Shown piece after piece: positions 54,126-63,800 of a DNA stretch of 64,000 nt; position 1 is the stretch's first letter, and each line of letters opens with the position of its first letter. Where the stretch lies: positions 128,001-192,000 of the forward strand of contig CAXXMD010000003.1 of assembly GCA_963675755.2 (NCBI GenBank), given 5' to 3'. The translations under genes were made by a program, and so were the position numbers. Source of the stretch: a bacterium (GTDB taxonomy: Bacteria; Zhuqueibacterota; Zhuqueibacteria; Residuimicrobiales; Krinioviventaceae). The notes beneath the pieces were generated by a model. That model did no database searches and had not been told where the DNA came from. It was given only the letters and a program-made list of their open reading frames with translations.

Positions 54126-54869
54126 TTATTCACCGTTAAAACTGGGTTCAAGATATTGTTTGGCCTGGTTATTTTCCGGATTCAATTCAATTGCACGGTT
54201 AAAAATTTTAAAGGCCCTTTCCGGCCATCCACTGTCAAGGCACAACACACCGACCTCATTTATTCGGTTATCCATATCTTCTTTTCCCAGAATTTCTTCC
54301 AGGAGTTGTTTCAAGGATTTGTCAAATGCATTTGTAACATATCTTTCATTTTCAAAAAGATAGAGCAATACTGCAAGGTTTTTATCAGAGTCTTTTAATA
54401 CGCACTTTGCTTTTTCAATGCCGACCTTGAATAATCCCTCCATATTATTCACATAATAATCCAACAATACTTTGATCTGTTTGTAATCATCGCTGTCGGT
54501 TTTATAATATTCCAGCATGTATTTCAATTCTCGAGCAACAGTAGCTTTGTGAAACAACAGTCCCACATTGTTCATAAAATCAATTTCGTCGTCATTGGGT
54601 GTATACTTGAACGACTTTTCAACTCCCTCCTGGTAGGGATCGCCTATTCGTTTGAACAAGAGGTGTAAATCTTCTTTTGCTGTAAAAAGCAATTCAGAAA
54701 ACTTTTTCATCTTTTCAAATGAAACCTCACCTCCTGCAGAGTAATCCAGAAACAGCTTTGAAAACAGATTTTTTGCATACAAAAAATCTGCTATTACTTT
54801 ACGTAACAGCCACGATTTATTTGCAGCAATAAAAGGACTTACTTTATCTGACATTTTTACACCTGCCAC
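54126..54869 (-). CDS. Hypothetical protein with C-terminal TPR
   Basis: Helical ORF ending AFKIFNRAIELNPENNQAK. Confidence 0.65.
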   Translation of the reverse strand: MAGVKMSDKVSPFIAANKSWLLRKVIADFLYAKNLFSKLFLDYSAGGEVSFEKMKKFSELLFTAKEDLHLLFKRIGDPYQEGVEKSFKYTPNDDEIDFMNNVGLLFHKATVARELKYMLEYYKTDSDDYKQIKVLLDYYVNNMEGLFKVGIEKAKCVLKDSDKNLAVLLYLFENERYVTNAFDKSLKQLLEEILGKEDMDNRINEVGVLCLDSGWPERAFKIFNRAIELNPENNQAKQYLEPSFNGE

Positions 54870-54910
54870 TCATAGATTAGATAAACAAAATTTACATTAA
54901 AAAATTTCAA

Positions 54911-56284
54911 CTAAATATGAATAATATCATTTTCGCCTTTAATAAAACTTGCAATATGGTCTGCTATCAATCTCTCCAGGTCACAATTCTGAACTGTATC
55001 CATATTCAGCAGATTTACCATTTTACTAGTATACAACCAACTTGCAACAATGTCAATCCTTTTGTTTGTTTTATTTACAGTTGGAGCGGAAAAAAATTCT
55101 AAAACGCGGTTAACAATTTCGCTCAACTCTTTATATTGTTTTTGCACTTCCAACTCTAAAAGACCATGGTTAGGCTTTACACAATAAAGCTTGATCATAC
55201 TCGCATCAAAATGCTCTAAAAACAAAATACAAGGTTTTAATCGGGCTGAAGGAATACTTCTTTTATGCACATCAATCTGCTTATTGATATCCGGATCATA
55301 ATTTTGTATTGCCTCATATTCAAGCAATAACGCTTCAAGCTCGGAACCCGCAAGACGAATTTCTACAGATCTGATCCTATCGCGAATACTTGAAATCTTT
55401 GCTTCTAAATTTTCTGTTTCACGAAAGTAGGAATTTACCCTTTCATACAAATTTCTGGATTTGCCAACGTACATGACTCTATCATTCACATCTCGCATAA
55501 GATAAATGCCCGGCAATTCGGGTAATCCGTTCAGATATTCCCTGTCAAATTGATATTGTGAAAAATCAATTGCTTCAGCTGTTGATTCACAATAATCGGC
55601 AATTTGAACAGCATCTTTTAAACCAAGGGTTTCACACAATTCAAAGGTTGCGGTAAATTGCTCCAGAAATAATTCAAACTGCTGATCGGGCGCTGCATTT
55701 TCCAGATGTGTCACTCCCAATGCACTCGAAATCTGACTGCTTTCACTGATTTTGTTTTCCGGTTGCAATCGCTGTAAAAGTCGTTTTAAAAAAATAATTT
55801 GACTACTAAACTCATGTCCCGTAACCTGCAAAAACATTCGTCTGAACAAAGAGACTTGATTACCAAAACCATCAAAAACAACAATTTGGCCATCTGCTTT
55901 CGCTTTAATCTCTTTGCAAATTCTTTTCAACTCATCATCAGAATATTCTTTGAGTTGTTTTTCAGTCAATAATATAGATTTTTCACCCCTGGGAAATGAA
56001 CGAATATCAAGACGAGCCCAGTCCCAAAATGAGAGTGACCGTTCAGGAACAGCTTTTATCAGAATAAAATCAGTGTCAAGATTAGAATTTTCTATTGGAT
56101 TTACCAAACACCAGGTGTGATCTTTAGATTTGACTATACGATTTGAAGTGGATACTGTGGATTGTACAAGCATATCACAGATGCCGGAATTCACTTCCGG
56201 CATCTTGAAAACATTCTTTACTATATCAGCAGAAGTTGCTTTGCCCCCATTTTGATCAAGAAAATCAATAATGCGTTCTATCAT
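54911..56284 (-). CDS. GIY-YIG (UvrC/Cho-like) nuclease with divergent N-terminal domain
   Basis: LPELPGIYLM..VMYVGKSRNL..RVNSYF, SELEALLLE, P..N. Confidence 0.85.
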   Translation of the reverse strand: MIERIIDFLDQNGGKATSADIVKNVFKMPEVNSGICDMLVQSTVSTSNRIVKSKDHTWCLVNPIENSNLDTDFILIKAVPERSLSFWDWARLDIRSFPRGEKSILLTEKQLKEYSDDELKRICKEIKAKADGQIVVFDGFGNQVSLFRRMFLQVTGHEFSSQIIFLKRLLQRLQPENKISESSQISSALGVTHLENAAPDQQFELFLEQFTATFELCETLGLKDAVQIADYCESTAEAIDFSQYQFDREYLNGLPELPGIYLMRDVNDRVMYVGKSRNLYERVNSYFRETENLEAKISSIRDRIRSVEIRLAGSELEALLLEYEAIQNYDPDINKQIDVHKRSIPSARLKPCILFLEHFDASMIKLYCVKPNHGLLELEVQKQYKELSEIVNRVLEFFSAPTVNKTNKRIDIVASWLYTSKMVNLLNMDTVQNCDLERLIADHIASFIKGENDIIHI

Positions 56285-56299
56285 TAATTGCCTGGTTCA

Positions 56300-56764
56300 T
56301 TAAACCATTCTGGCTTTACCAAACAGAGCTACTCCCAATATTCCACCAACCAGCCCGAATATACTATTAATTATTAAATTAATAATTAATCCAATAATAA
56401 ACGTGCCTCCCGTCAGAGTTCGGGCGGGAATCTCGTCAAAAATGGATTGTATATCCGGATCACTGATGTATTGAGAGACAAAGTCCAAAAAATTAACAGA
56501 CAATGAGCCGGTAATACTGGTCAATACAACGGCAATAACCGCTCCGATAACACCTGCCAGAAATCCCAGCAATGCACCATCAGACATACTTACCCTGCCC
56601 TCCGGAGCCTGCTGCCTGCGATAAAGGTAAATGGTAAACATTCCACCACCAATTACCCCTGCACAACATGCACAGTTGATAAAATTTAGTATAGGAATGC
56701 CACTGACAACTCCAATTACAACTCCACCTAAAAGTGCCGAGTTCCATTTACTATTGTTGTCCAT
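56300..56764 (-). CDS. Gly-rich integral membrane protein
   Basis: Four hydrophobic GxxxG-rich helices; NCACC motif. Confidence 0.75.
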   Translation of the reverse strand: MDNNSKWNSALLGGVVIGVVSGIPILNFINCACCAGVIGGGMFTIYLYRRQQAPEGRVSMSDGALLGFLAGVIGAVIAVVLTSITGSLSVNFLDFVSQYISDPDIQSIFDEIPARTLTGGTFIIGLIINLIINSIFGLVGGILGVALFGKARMV

Positions 56765-56788
56765 AATTCCACTCCATTATCTCTTGTC

Positions 56789-57901
56789 TTAGAAAAAAAC
56801 ACCCAAATCTCTTAATTCAGCATCATCCATTGCGTCCAAAGTAAATTGGGGCAATGCGGTTTCCATATCAACCGGGCGAATTTCCATACCTTTAATACCA
56901 ACCATTAATCCGGATTGGTTTTGGTGTACCAGTTCTACCGCTTTTCTACCAAAACGCTGACCCAGGTTGATATCAAACGCATTTGGTGCAAGACCACGTA
57001 AACTGAAGCCAATATTAGATTGACGTACACGGCTCAAACCAACACCCAATCCCTGAACCAGAATTCTTTGTATAATAACACCTGTACCACCGAGTTTCAG
57101 ATTGCCATGCGGATCGATTTCAGGATCTTCTGACAACATGGATTTCAATACGCCATCCTTGGCATCATCTGCTACTGCTTTTTTAAACAAGGGGTCGTTT
57201 TGATCAAAATTCACACCTTCAGACACAACAATATTGGCGTATCCTTTAGCATCATTAATCGATTTTACTTTTTCTACAAGTGCTTGTAGTTCAAAATTCT
57301 TTTCAGGTACAAGAATAACATCTGCACCGCTTGCAACCCCAGAAAAAAACGCAAGCCATCCAGCCTTACGGCCCATAACTTCGTTCACAGAAATTCTTGC
57401 ATGCGTATCAGCAGAAACAGAAGTGCTTCTAAATGCCTTTGTAGCAAAATCAATAGCAGTATGCGCTCCCAACATCCAATCGGTTTCACTGATATCATTA
57501 TCAATACTTTTTGGAATAGCAATTGTAGGGAAATTAATCTTGTGCATTCCCCACGCGGTGTTTACGGTGTCATTACCTCCGGTTGCAATAATAGCATCAA
57601 CACCCAGCTTTTTCAGGTTTCCCAACAATTTTTCTGGTGCCCATGAATTATTTTTATCATTAAAGGGAGCAAAACGGGAAGATCCCAAAATGGTGCTGGG
57701 GGCATCAAAAATAGATAACGCATCGTTGCTGTCCAACGGTACAATATAATCTTCAACATTATCAGCAGCTAAACCTTCAAACGCTTTTTTTACACCAATA
57801 AAAGTATCACCATATTTAGATGCGCCATGCAATATAGAACGGGCAATTGCCGAATTTATACCTGCACAATCACCACCACCGGTCACAAATGCAATTTTCA
57901 C
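56789..57901 (-). CDS. pfkA: Phosphofructokinase family protein, probably PPi-dependent
   Basis: TGGGDCAGIN, TILGSSR, GGNDT, PKSIDND, EVMGRKAGWLA, VSEG. Confidence 0.88.
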   Translation of the reverse strand: MKIAFVTGGGDCAGINSAIARSILHGASKYGDTFIGVKKAFEGLAADNVEDYIVPLDSNDALSIFDAPSTILGSSRFAPFNDKNNSWAPEKLLGNLKKLGVDAIIATGGNDTVNTAWGMHKINFPTIAIPKSIDNDISETDWMLGAHTAIDFATKAFRSTSVSADTHARISVNEVMGRKAGWLAFFSGVASGADVILVPEKNFELQALVEKVKSINDAKGYANIVVSEGVNFDQNDPLFKKAVADDAKDGVLKSMLSEDPEIDPHGNLKLGGTGVIIQRILVQGLGVGLSRVRQSNIGFSLRGLAPNAFDINLGQRFGRKAVELVHQNQSGLMVGIKGMEIRPVDMETALPQFTLDAMDDAELRDLGVFF

Positions 57902-57964
57902 AACATCTCCTTTATATTAATTTTTATCAAATATTTGAATTTAAATAATATATTGAATTTATAT

Positions 57965-57996
57965 AAAAAAAGACAGACAAAAAATCTTGCCTGTCT
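57965..57996 (-). terminator. Intrinsic terminator upstream of pfk, ending the putative ncRNA
   Basis: Minus strand AGACAGGCAA-gatttt-TTGTCTGTCT followed by a T-run; the G-U pair forms only on the minus strand. Confidence 0.75.
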
Positions 57997-58197
57997 TTCT
58001 TTTTAGATAATACATTCGCCCTACCGATGTAATATCTTTGTGTAGAACTTTTTCCTGTCATCGTGGTTTGGCAGCCCCCTGCTCTATATCCACAATATGG
58101 AAGGAACAAGTTCCCCCATTTACTCAAGTGTGTTCCTCGAACACACCCCCTCATCTTATATGCGACCCCTCAAACTGTATAATCACTTCGAATAATG
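57965..58197 (-). ncRNA. Putative structured ncRNA or leader RNA with repeated (A)GGGG motifs
   Basis: Bounded by the bipartite motif and the terminator; hairpins at 58128-58146, 58045-58113 and 58011-58031; G-runs at 58166-69, 58146-50, 58113-17, 58075-79 and 58019-21. Confidence 0.5.
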
Positions 58198-58202
58198 GCA
58201 TA

Positions 58203-58243
58203 TATTAATATAGTGCCTTAAAATATGCAAAATCTTACACTTT
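58203..58243 (-). promoter_or_regulatory. Putative ECF-sigma promoter, copy A
   Basis: Minus strand AAAGTGTAAGATTTT-gcatattttaagg-CACTATATTAATA. Confidence 0.7.
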
Positions 58244-58333
58244 ATTTTAAAAATATCACTTTTTTTTGTATTTATTTCTTGTATATTAACTTTATACACG
58301 CTTTTTTTTGTCTTTTTGAGGAGATTCTTCAAA

Positions 58334-58969
58334 ATGGATCACAAACGACAAGGTACAAACGATATGACACTAGGTGACCTCCTCGACAACTGCACCAATC
58401 CCAACTCCCCTGTTTGGGAAAAAAGCTGGCAGGAATTCCTCAACAGGTATCAAAATTTCATCTATAAACTTGTATTAAATCGATGCAAAAGCTGGAATTT
58501 GCAACGTATTCAATGCCAGTTACAAGAAGAGGTTGATGACATTGTATTTATAATTATAAGACACTTTATTAAAGACGATTATCGTTTTTTAAAACAATTC
58601 CAAAACCGCGATAACCCACAGCTTTTTCTATTGTACCTATCTACACTCATCAATAGAATTACTAGAAGACATTTGGCAGTTCATTTCAACAAAATTTTAG
58701 ATAACCTTGATGAAGATCAGACAAAAGACACTTTGAAGGAAATATCCCCCGAAGCAGGTTGGGAAATTTACGAAGAACTGATACAAACGCTTCGCAACAG
58801 CATAATTAATAAACATCCCAATAATGAACGCAACATACACCTCTTTCTTATGTATACATGGACAGATATGTCGATTGATATGCTTACCCACAATGATTTT
58901 TACAAACCAATGGGGCAAAATGCCATATATACATTGATAAATCGCATGAGAAATAAAATAAAAGTGTAA
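58334..58969 (+). CDS. Divergent ECF-type sigma-70 factor
   Basis: Region-2-like SWQEFLNRYQNFI..EEVDDI..LKQF..FLLYL; region-4-like RNIHLFLMY..DMS..NAIYTLINRMRNKI; ATG after GAGGAG. Confidence 0.75.
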   Translation: MDHKRQGTNDMTLGDLLDNCTNPNSPVWEKSWQEFLNRYQNFIYKLVLNRCKSWNLQRIQCQLQEEVDDIVFIIIRHFIKDDYRFLKQFQNRDNPQLFLLYLSTLINRITRRHLAVHFNKILDNLDEDQTKDTLKEISPEAGWEIYEELIQTLRNSIINKHPNNERNIHLFLMYTWTDMSIDMLTHNDFYKPMGQNAIYTLINRMRNKIKV

Positions 58970-59001
58970 GATTTTAGTTATAAAACTACACTATATTAAT
59001 A
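58961..59001 (+). promoter_or_regulatory. Putative ECF-sigma promoter, copy B
   Basis: AAAGTGTAAGATTTT-agttataaaacta-CACTATATTAATA, overlapping the sigma stop and about 30 nt upstream of ORF 59031. Confidence 0.7.
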
Positions 59002-59030
59002 ACTGATAACTGTAAAAAGCAAGGTAGTTC

Positions 59031-59441
59031 ATGAGCAGCAGCATAATCGTTCATAAACTTTCAATAGGCAAAGTTTTATCTATAATTCAAGATGATCAAA
59101 ATAGAGAGAAAAATATCTTAGAGAATTATCCGGAATCTATTCATTATTATAATAGCTTAAAGGCCCGTTTCAACAAATTTGAAAATGACCCCAATCTCGC
59201 AAATTCGATATTCAACAGTATCCCGAAACAATGTTGCCAGGCCAACAAATCTTTTTTGAAAGATAACGATGATTTTTTTATCGCGTATACTATACTTTCA
59301 AAAAAGCAAGATATTCACATTAACAATGCTAAACAGTTTATTCATCATTTAAATAACTGCTATTGGTGTTTCATTGAATATAACCAGTTTATAAATGATG
59401 AATACTTTACTAACAAAGAAATTGAGACGGGGGTACTGTAA
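59031..59441 (+). CDS. Soluble protein with zinc-binding anti-sigma (ZAS-like) motif
   Basis: HLNNCYWC matches HxxxCxxC, with an upstream CC; no transmembrane helix. Confidence 0.65.
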   Translation: MSSSIIVHKLSIGKVLSIIQDDQNREKNILENYPESIHYYNSLKARFNKFENDPNLANSIFNSIPKQCCQANKSFLKDNDDFFIAYTILSKKQDIHINNAKQFIHHLNNCYWCFIEYNQFINDEYFTNKEIETGVL

Positions 59442-59445
59442 TAAT

Positions 59446-60558
59446 ATGCGTGAATTAAAAATAACATATGAGCAAATTCTGGAATATATTAATAATCCGG
59501 ATACCAAATCTATAAATATCAGTGAATTAAAAGAAAGCGATCCTGCTTGCTTTTCTCTTTTCACAATGATAGATAATAGCCTGAAACATGCAAATTCGCA
59601 AAATATAGGCACAGAAAACACCACCGCAGGATATCATGAACTCGAAATGATAATCCTGGAACAATTGAGTGGCAATGTTACCAGGTACAACTCGGAAAGA
59701 TTTTTATCTCTCATTACCAGTCATCCTGATTATTACAGAAGAATTCTGGACACCTTTGACACGGAATCCATTCAAGCAGTTAAACTTGAAAACATTGAAA
59801 TCTCAGACAATAACACCCTTATTGAAATAATAAAAGGTCATGAAAGCAATAAAGAAATCCATAAACAATCCACGTTCTTACAATTAAAACTAGTTCTAAA
59901 CCGTTTTTTTCAAAATCTTTTTATGCCAAACAAAAGACCACATTATGCTTTAATCGCAGTTGTCGTTATGACTTTTTCCATTCTCACATTTAAAACCTTT
60001 TTTCAGGAATCTGTTCATAATCCTGTCTATACAAAATATTTCCAATCTTCTAATTTACCTTGCGAATATTATGAAACCTCTACCAGAGGCAACGTTGTAT
60101 CTTTTGATTCAGATTCTCAATACAACAAGACACTAAATCAATTTAAATTCGCAATGGCTGATTATATTCAAAAAAACTATCAAGATGCAAAAAAATCACT
60201 CAACACTATCCTAACTGAAATTGAATCTGGCTCCACACAATCATTGAATACAAGTTCAAATGGAAAGCAACTATTAAGAGACATTTATTTTTACACAGGT
60301 ATTTGCGACCTGGCACTAGCCGGCAAAATGTTTGACACCTCTTTAATTGAATCTGCTTCTGATAGATTCAATACCGCAAAAAAACTGGTTCTTGAATCCA
60401 ACATGAAAGGAGGTGACCGAGAGTTCTTTTTCCTGGGTTTAACTTTTAACCTGCTGGGGAACGATTCACGCTCGCTTGAATATTTGGGGAACATTCAGGA
60501 AAACAGTATCTATTACAGAGATAGTCAAGTTATTGTATCGCAGCTAACGAACCGATAG
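59446..60558 (+). CDS. Single-pass membrane protein with extracytoplasmic TPR-like domain, putative anti-sigma factor
   Basis: TM helix YALIAVVVMTFSILTF; STRG motif; TPR-like helices AMADYIQKNYQDA, YFYTGICDLA, FFLGLTFNLLG. Confidence 0.7.
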   Translation: MRELKITYEQILEYINNPDTKSINISELKESDPACFSLFTMIDNSLKHANSQNIGTENTTAGYHELEMIILEQLSGNVTRYNSERFLSLITSHPDYYRRILDTFDTESIQAVKLENIEISDNNTLIEIIKGHESNKEIHKQSTFLQLKLVLNRFFQNLFMPNKRPHYALIAVVVMTFSILTFKTFFQESVHNPVYTKYFQSSNLPCEYYETSTRGNVVSFDSDSQYNKTLNQFKFAMADYIQKNYQDAKKSLNTILTEIESGSTQSLNTSSNGKQLLRDIYFYTGICDLALAGKMFDTSLIESASDRFNTAKKLVLESNMKGGDREFFFLGLTFNLLGNDSRSLEYLGNIQENSIYYRDSQVIVSQLTNR

Positions 60559-60568
60559 GAGACAACGA

Positions 60569-60733
60569 ATGGAGTTATTTTACCTGTTAATGTCTGGTGT
60601 TGTTGCAGCTGTAACCAAAAGGCTGGTTGATATAAAAAATTTCCAACGGGAAACTGGCATCATTAAATCCCATGGAGGGGATGATCCGGATCCACCACCA
60701 CCCCCTCCCGACCCACCAGATCCCAATTGTTAA
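60569..60733 (+). CDS. Unannotated 54-aa peptide: hydrophobic N-terminus, GG, Asp/Pro-rich tail
   Basis: AGGAG RBS; translates to MELFYLLMSGVVAAVTKRLVDIKNFQRETGIIKSHGGDDPDPPPPPPDPPDPNC; followed by a terminator. Confidence 0.75.
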   Translation: MELFYLLMSGVVAAVTKRLVDIKNFQRETGIIKSHGGDDPDPPPPPPDPPDPNC

Positions 60734-60740
60734 TTAAAAC

Positions 60741-60770
60741 GGTCCTGCCCTTTTTTGCAGGGCCATTTTT
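60741..60770 (+). terminator. Intrinsic terminator after the small peptide
   Basis: GGTCCTGC-N8-GCAGGGCC followed by ATTTTT. Confidence 0.7.
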
Positions 60771-60844
60771 CGTTAAAACCTGCCTGTTGCATTTGAATAT
60801 TTTTTGATTTATCTTGTAATTCAACTAATATTTCATATGTGAAA

Positions 60845-63800
60845 ATGAAAAAACTAATTCCAACATTACTCCTCTTGATATCAAGTTGTCTTGCTTTTGC
60901 AAATCAGGATAATGTGGAATATTATGACTTTCTTCAAACCCTGCAAGGCCTATCAGACAGCACACAGCTTGAACACACCTTGAACTATTTATATGACCAT
61001 CCTGATTTTTGGAAAATATATGAAAAAGCATATAGATTATTTACTTATACGGGTCAAAAAGAAAAGGCATATACTTTTTATGCAAATCTGGTAAATGACA
61101 AACAATATTCACCTTATGCAAATCTGTATTTGTCAAAACTCTACAGAGAAGACAATAAAGCTGATTTCGCCAAACAATATTTTATTTCCGGGTTAGAACA
61201 AAGACAAGATTATTATATTATCTCCGAGTATGCAAAAAATTATACCAATTCATCCCAAATTGACTCAATAGCAAAAAGCCTCTTAGACAGCACCCAATTA
61301 TTGATGGCTAATGGAATGAGTAATTACTACAAGGCCAAATACACTGAGGCAATTGACCTGCTTGAACAAGTATTACAGCATGACAATAATTTAAATTTAC
61401 AGATCATGCTTGGTTATTGTTACATTATCAATAACCAGCATCAACAAGCAGATTCGGTATTTGAAGCAGGTTACAATGATGCAATAAAACAATATAATAT
61501 AGACGGTCAGATTATTTTTTTACAATCATTGGGCAAACTAGCGCTTACACAGAACAACTATAATAAAGCAGAAACGCTGTTAAACAAAGCCCTGGAAAAA
61601 TCTGATGAAATCATAGATTACAGGCGTAAAATAACAACTTTTAATGAACTGGGAAAATTAAAACAAAAACAGGATAAAACAGATTCAAGCTTGGTATATT
61701 TTAATCTGGCCCAATCATACTCTGATAAATTTAAAGGGGAAATACAACTTGCTCAGGTCCTGAGAAATGGATACAATTTTCATCTACACCATCAATACTC
61801 TCAAGCAGTTCAATGCTACAAAGAATCTATCGAGTTGATTGAACCTAATGACTGGAATAATGAATTACGTGTAAAAAGCCTGCTTGTAACACTATATGAA
61901 CGTTTTGGCATGATCAGCCTCATGAACCAAATGCTTGCTGAATGTAAAGTTTTGGCAAATGAAAATAATTACATCAGCACACAAAAATGGGTAGAACTTC
62001 AGGAAATAAAAAATCAACTTTCATTAGATAATTTAGATATTCAAAGGAAAAACCTGGTTAAATTATATAATTATTATCTTAACAAAGGAAATAACAATTT
62101 ATACGGTTGCCTACACACACTTGCCAAGTCCTACATTATTGAGCATAAATATAAAAAAGCACAAACTTTTTATCAATTAGCACTCGATCAAGCTATTAAA
62201 ACAAACAATCAGAGTAAAATAGCATATTATTATGCCCGACTTGCATTTTGGGATATTAAATGCGATGAAACAGACAAAGCCTTGGCAAGGCTGGATTCGG
62301 CAAAAACAATAATTAATAAAATTGACGATTCATATATGGCCAGATTTGTATATAGAACAACGGGGTTGGCACATGAAAAAGCGGCTGATTATGACAGTGC
62401 ACTGGTCTATTATTACAAAGCTATACCTCATACTGAACGGCTTCGTAATAAATTATCAGCCGAAGATCTGAGAATTGGGGTCTTTTCAAGCGATGCCTCT
62501 ATTTACCAGGGTATTGCCCGCAGTTATTTGCAAAAGTACATCTCGAGCAACAATTCTTCCTTATTAGACAGCCTGTATAAATACGAAGAAAGCTTTAGAA
62601 GCCGTGCACTGAAAGACAGAATGGACAATCGAAATATTATGTCCGGTTCAGGCAAGCCGACTAATGAATACTCGCAAGCAATGGAGATGATTTCAGATTT
62701 ACAACAAAAACTGAGAAAACAGGCAGGGACAGAACACACAGATCCCGAATGGGACCAGTTAATGGGCGATCTTGAAGCTGCAAAATACACATTAATCCAG
62801 CAGCGTATATTTATGATTGACAGCTTAAAAACCAGTCAACAAAAAGATTCCGGTACATCTGTGCAATTGTCAGAAATCCGAAAGCAGCTTGAGAAAAACA
62901 ACGCGGGTTTACTTGAATACCACATTGACAGCGAAATCTCGTTTGTTCTAGTAGTAACACCTGACACCACCCATACAGTATTGCTTGCAACCTCCCAAGA
63001 TTCACTTTCAAAAAAAATAAAAAAACTAATGTCTCCATTGCATGATTTGCAAGAGCAAGATCCCAAGATCCCGTTTTATGCCCAAACAGCATATCAACTT
63101 TATGCGGAAATATTTAATCCCATTGAAAAAGAGATCAAACTGCCGGAGAACCTGCTGGTCATCCCGGATGGTCCATTAATGAATCTTCCATTTGAAATGC
63201 TAGTCACACATAAACCAAACAAAGCCGCTTATACCCCCTTGGACGAACCAGACTATAGCAATTCCTTTTTATTGAATCAATATTCATTATTTTACAGCCC
63301 CACCAGCAATATACTAAAAAAATCAGGCTTGAAATTGCTCAACAGACCCAACATGATGGTTTTTGCAAATCCGTTTTCAAATGTTAATGAAATTTCAGAC
63401 AATGTATTACAATACCGTTCACGTACCGGCTGGAATTTTCAGGCCCTCCCGTTTGCTGAACTGGAAGCAAATGAAATATCAAAATTAACTAGCCGGGTCA
63501 AGCTCTACAAACGACAAAACGCAATTGAAACCTACTTTTCCCAAAATGCATCCAAATATGACATTCTCCATCTTGCTACACACGCTTTTGTAGACACTTC
63601 ATTTGAAGCTTTTTCAGGCCTTATTCTTGCTTCCAGTGAGGATTCTACAAACGATGGAATTTTAATGGGTTATGAAATAGAAGACCTTGATCTGGATTGT
63701 GAACTGGTTACATTGAGTGCATGCGAAACCGGTAGAGGCAAAAATATGGCCGCAGAAGGATTGCTGGGCTTGCCCCGATTATTTATGGGAGCGGGAGCAA

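Noticed and set aside
57927-58154. 75-aa minus-strand ORF
   Set aside because: Runs through a terminator hairpin, has weak RBS spacing and an unprotein-like composition
58203-59001. IS terminal inverted repeats or invertible-segment ends
   Set aside because: The repeats have a non-conserved central 13 nt, enclose a sigma-like gene, and no transposase or recombinase is nearby; a promoter reading fits better
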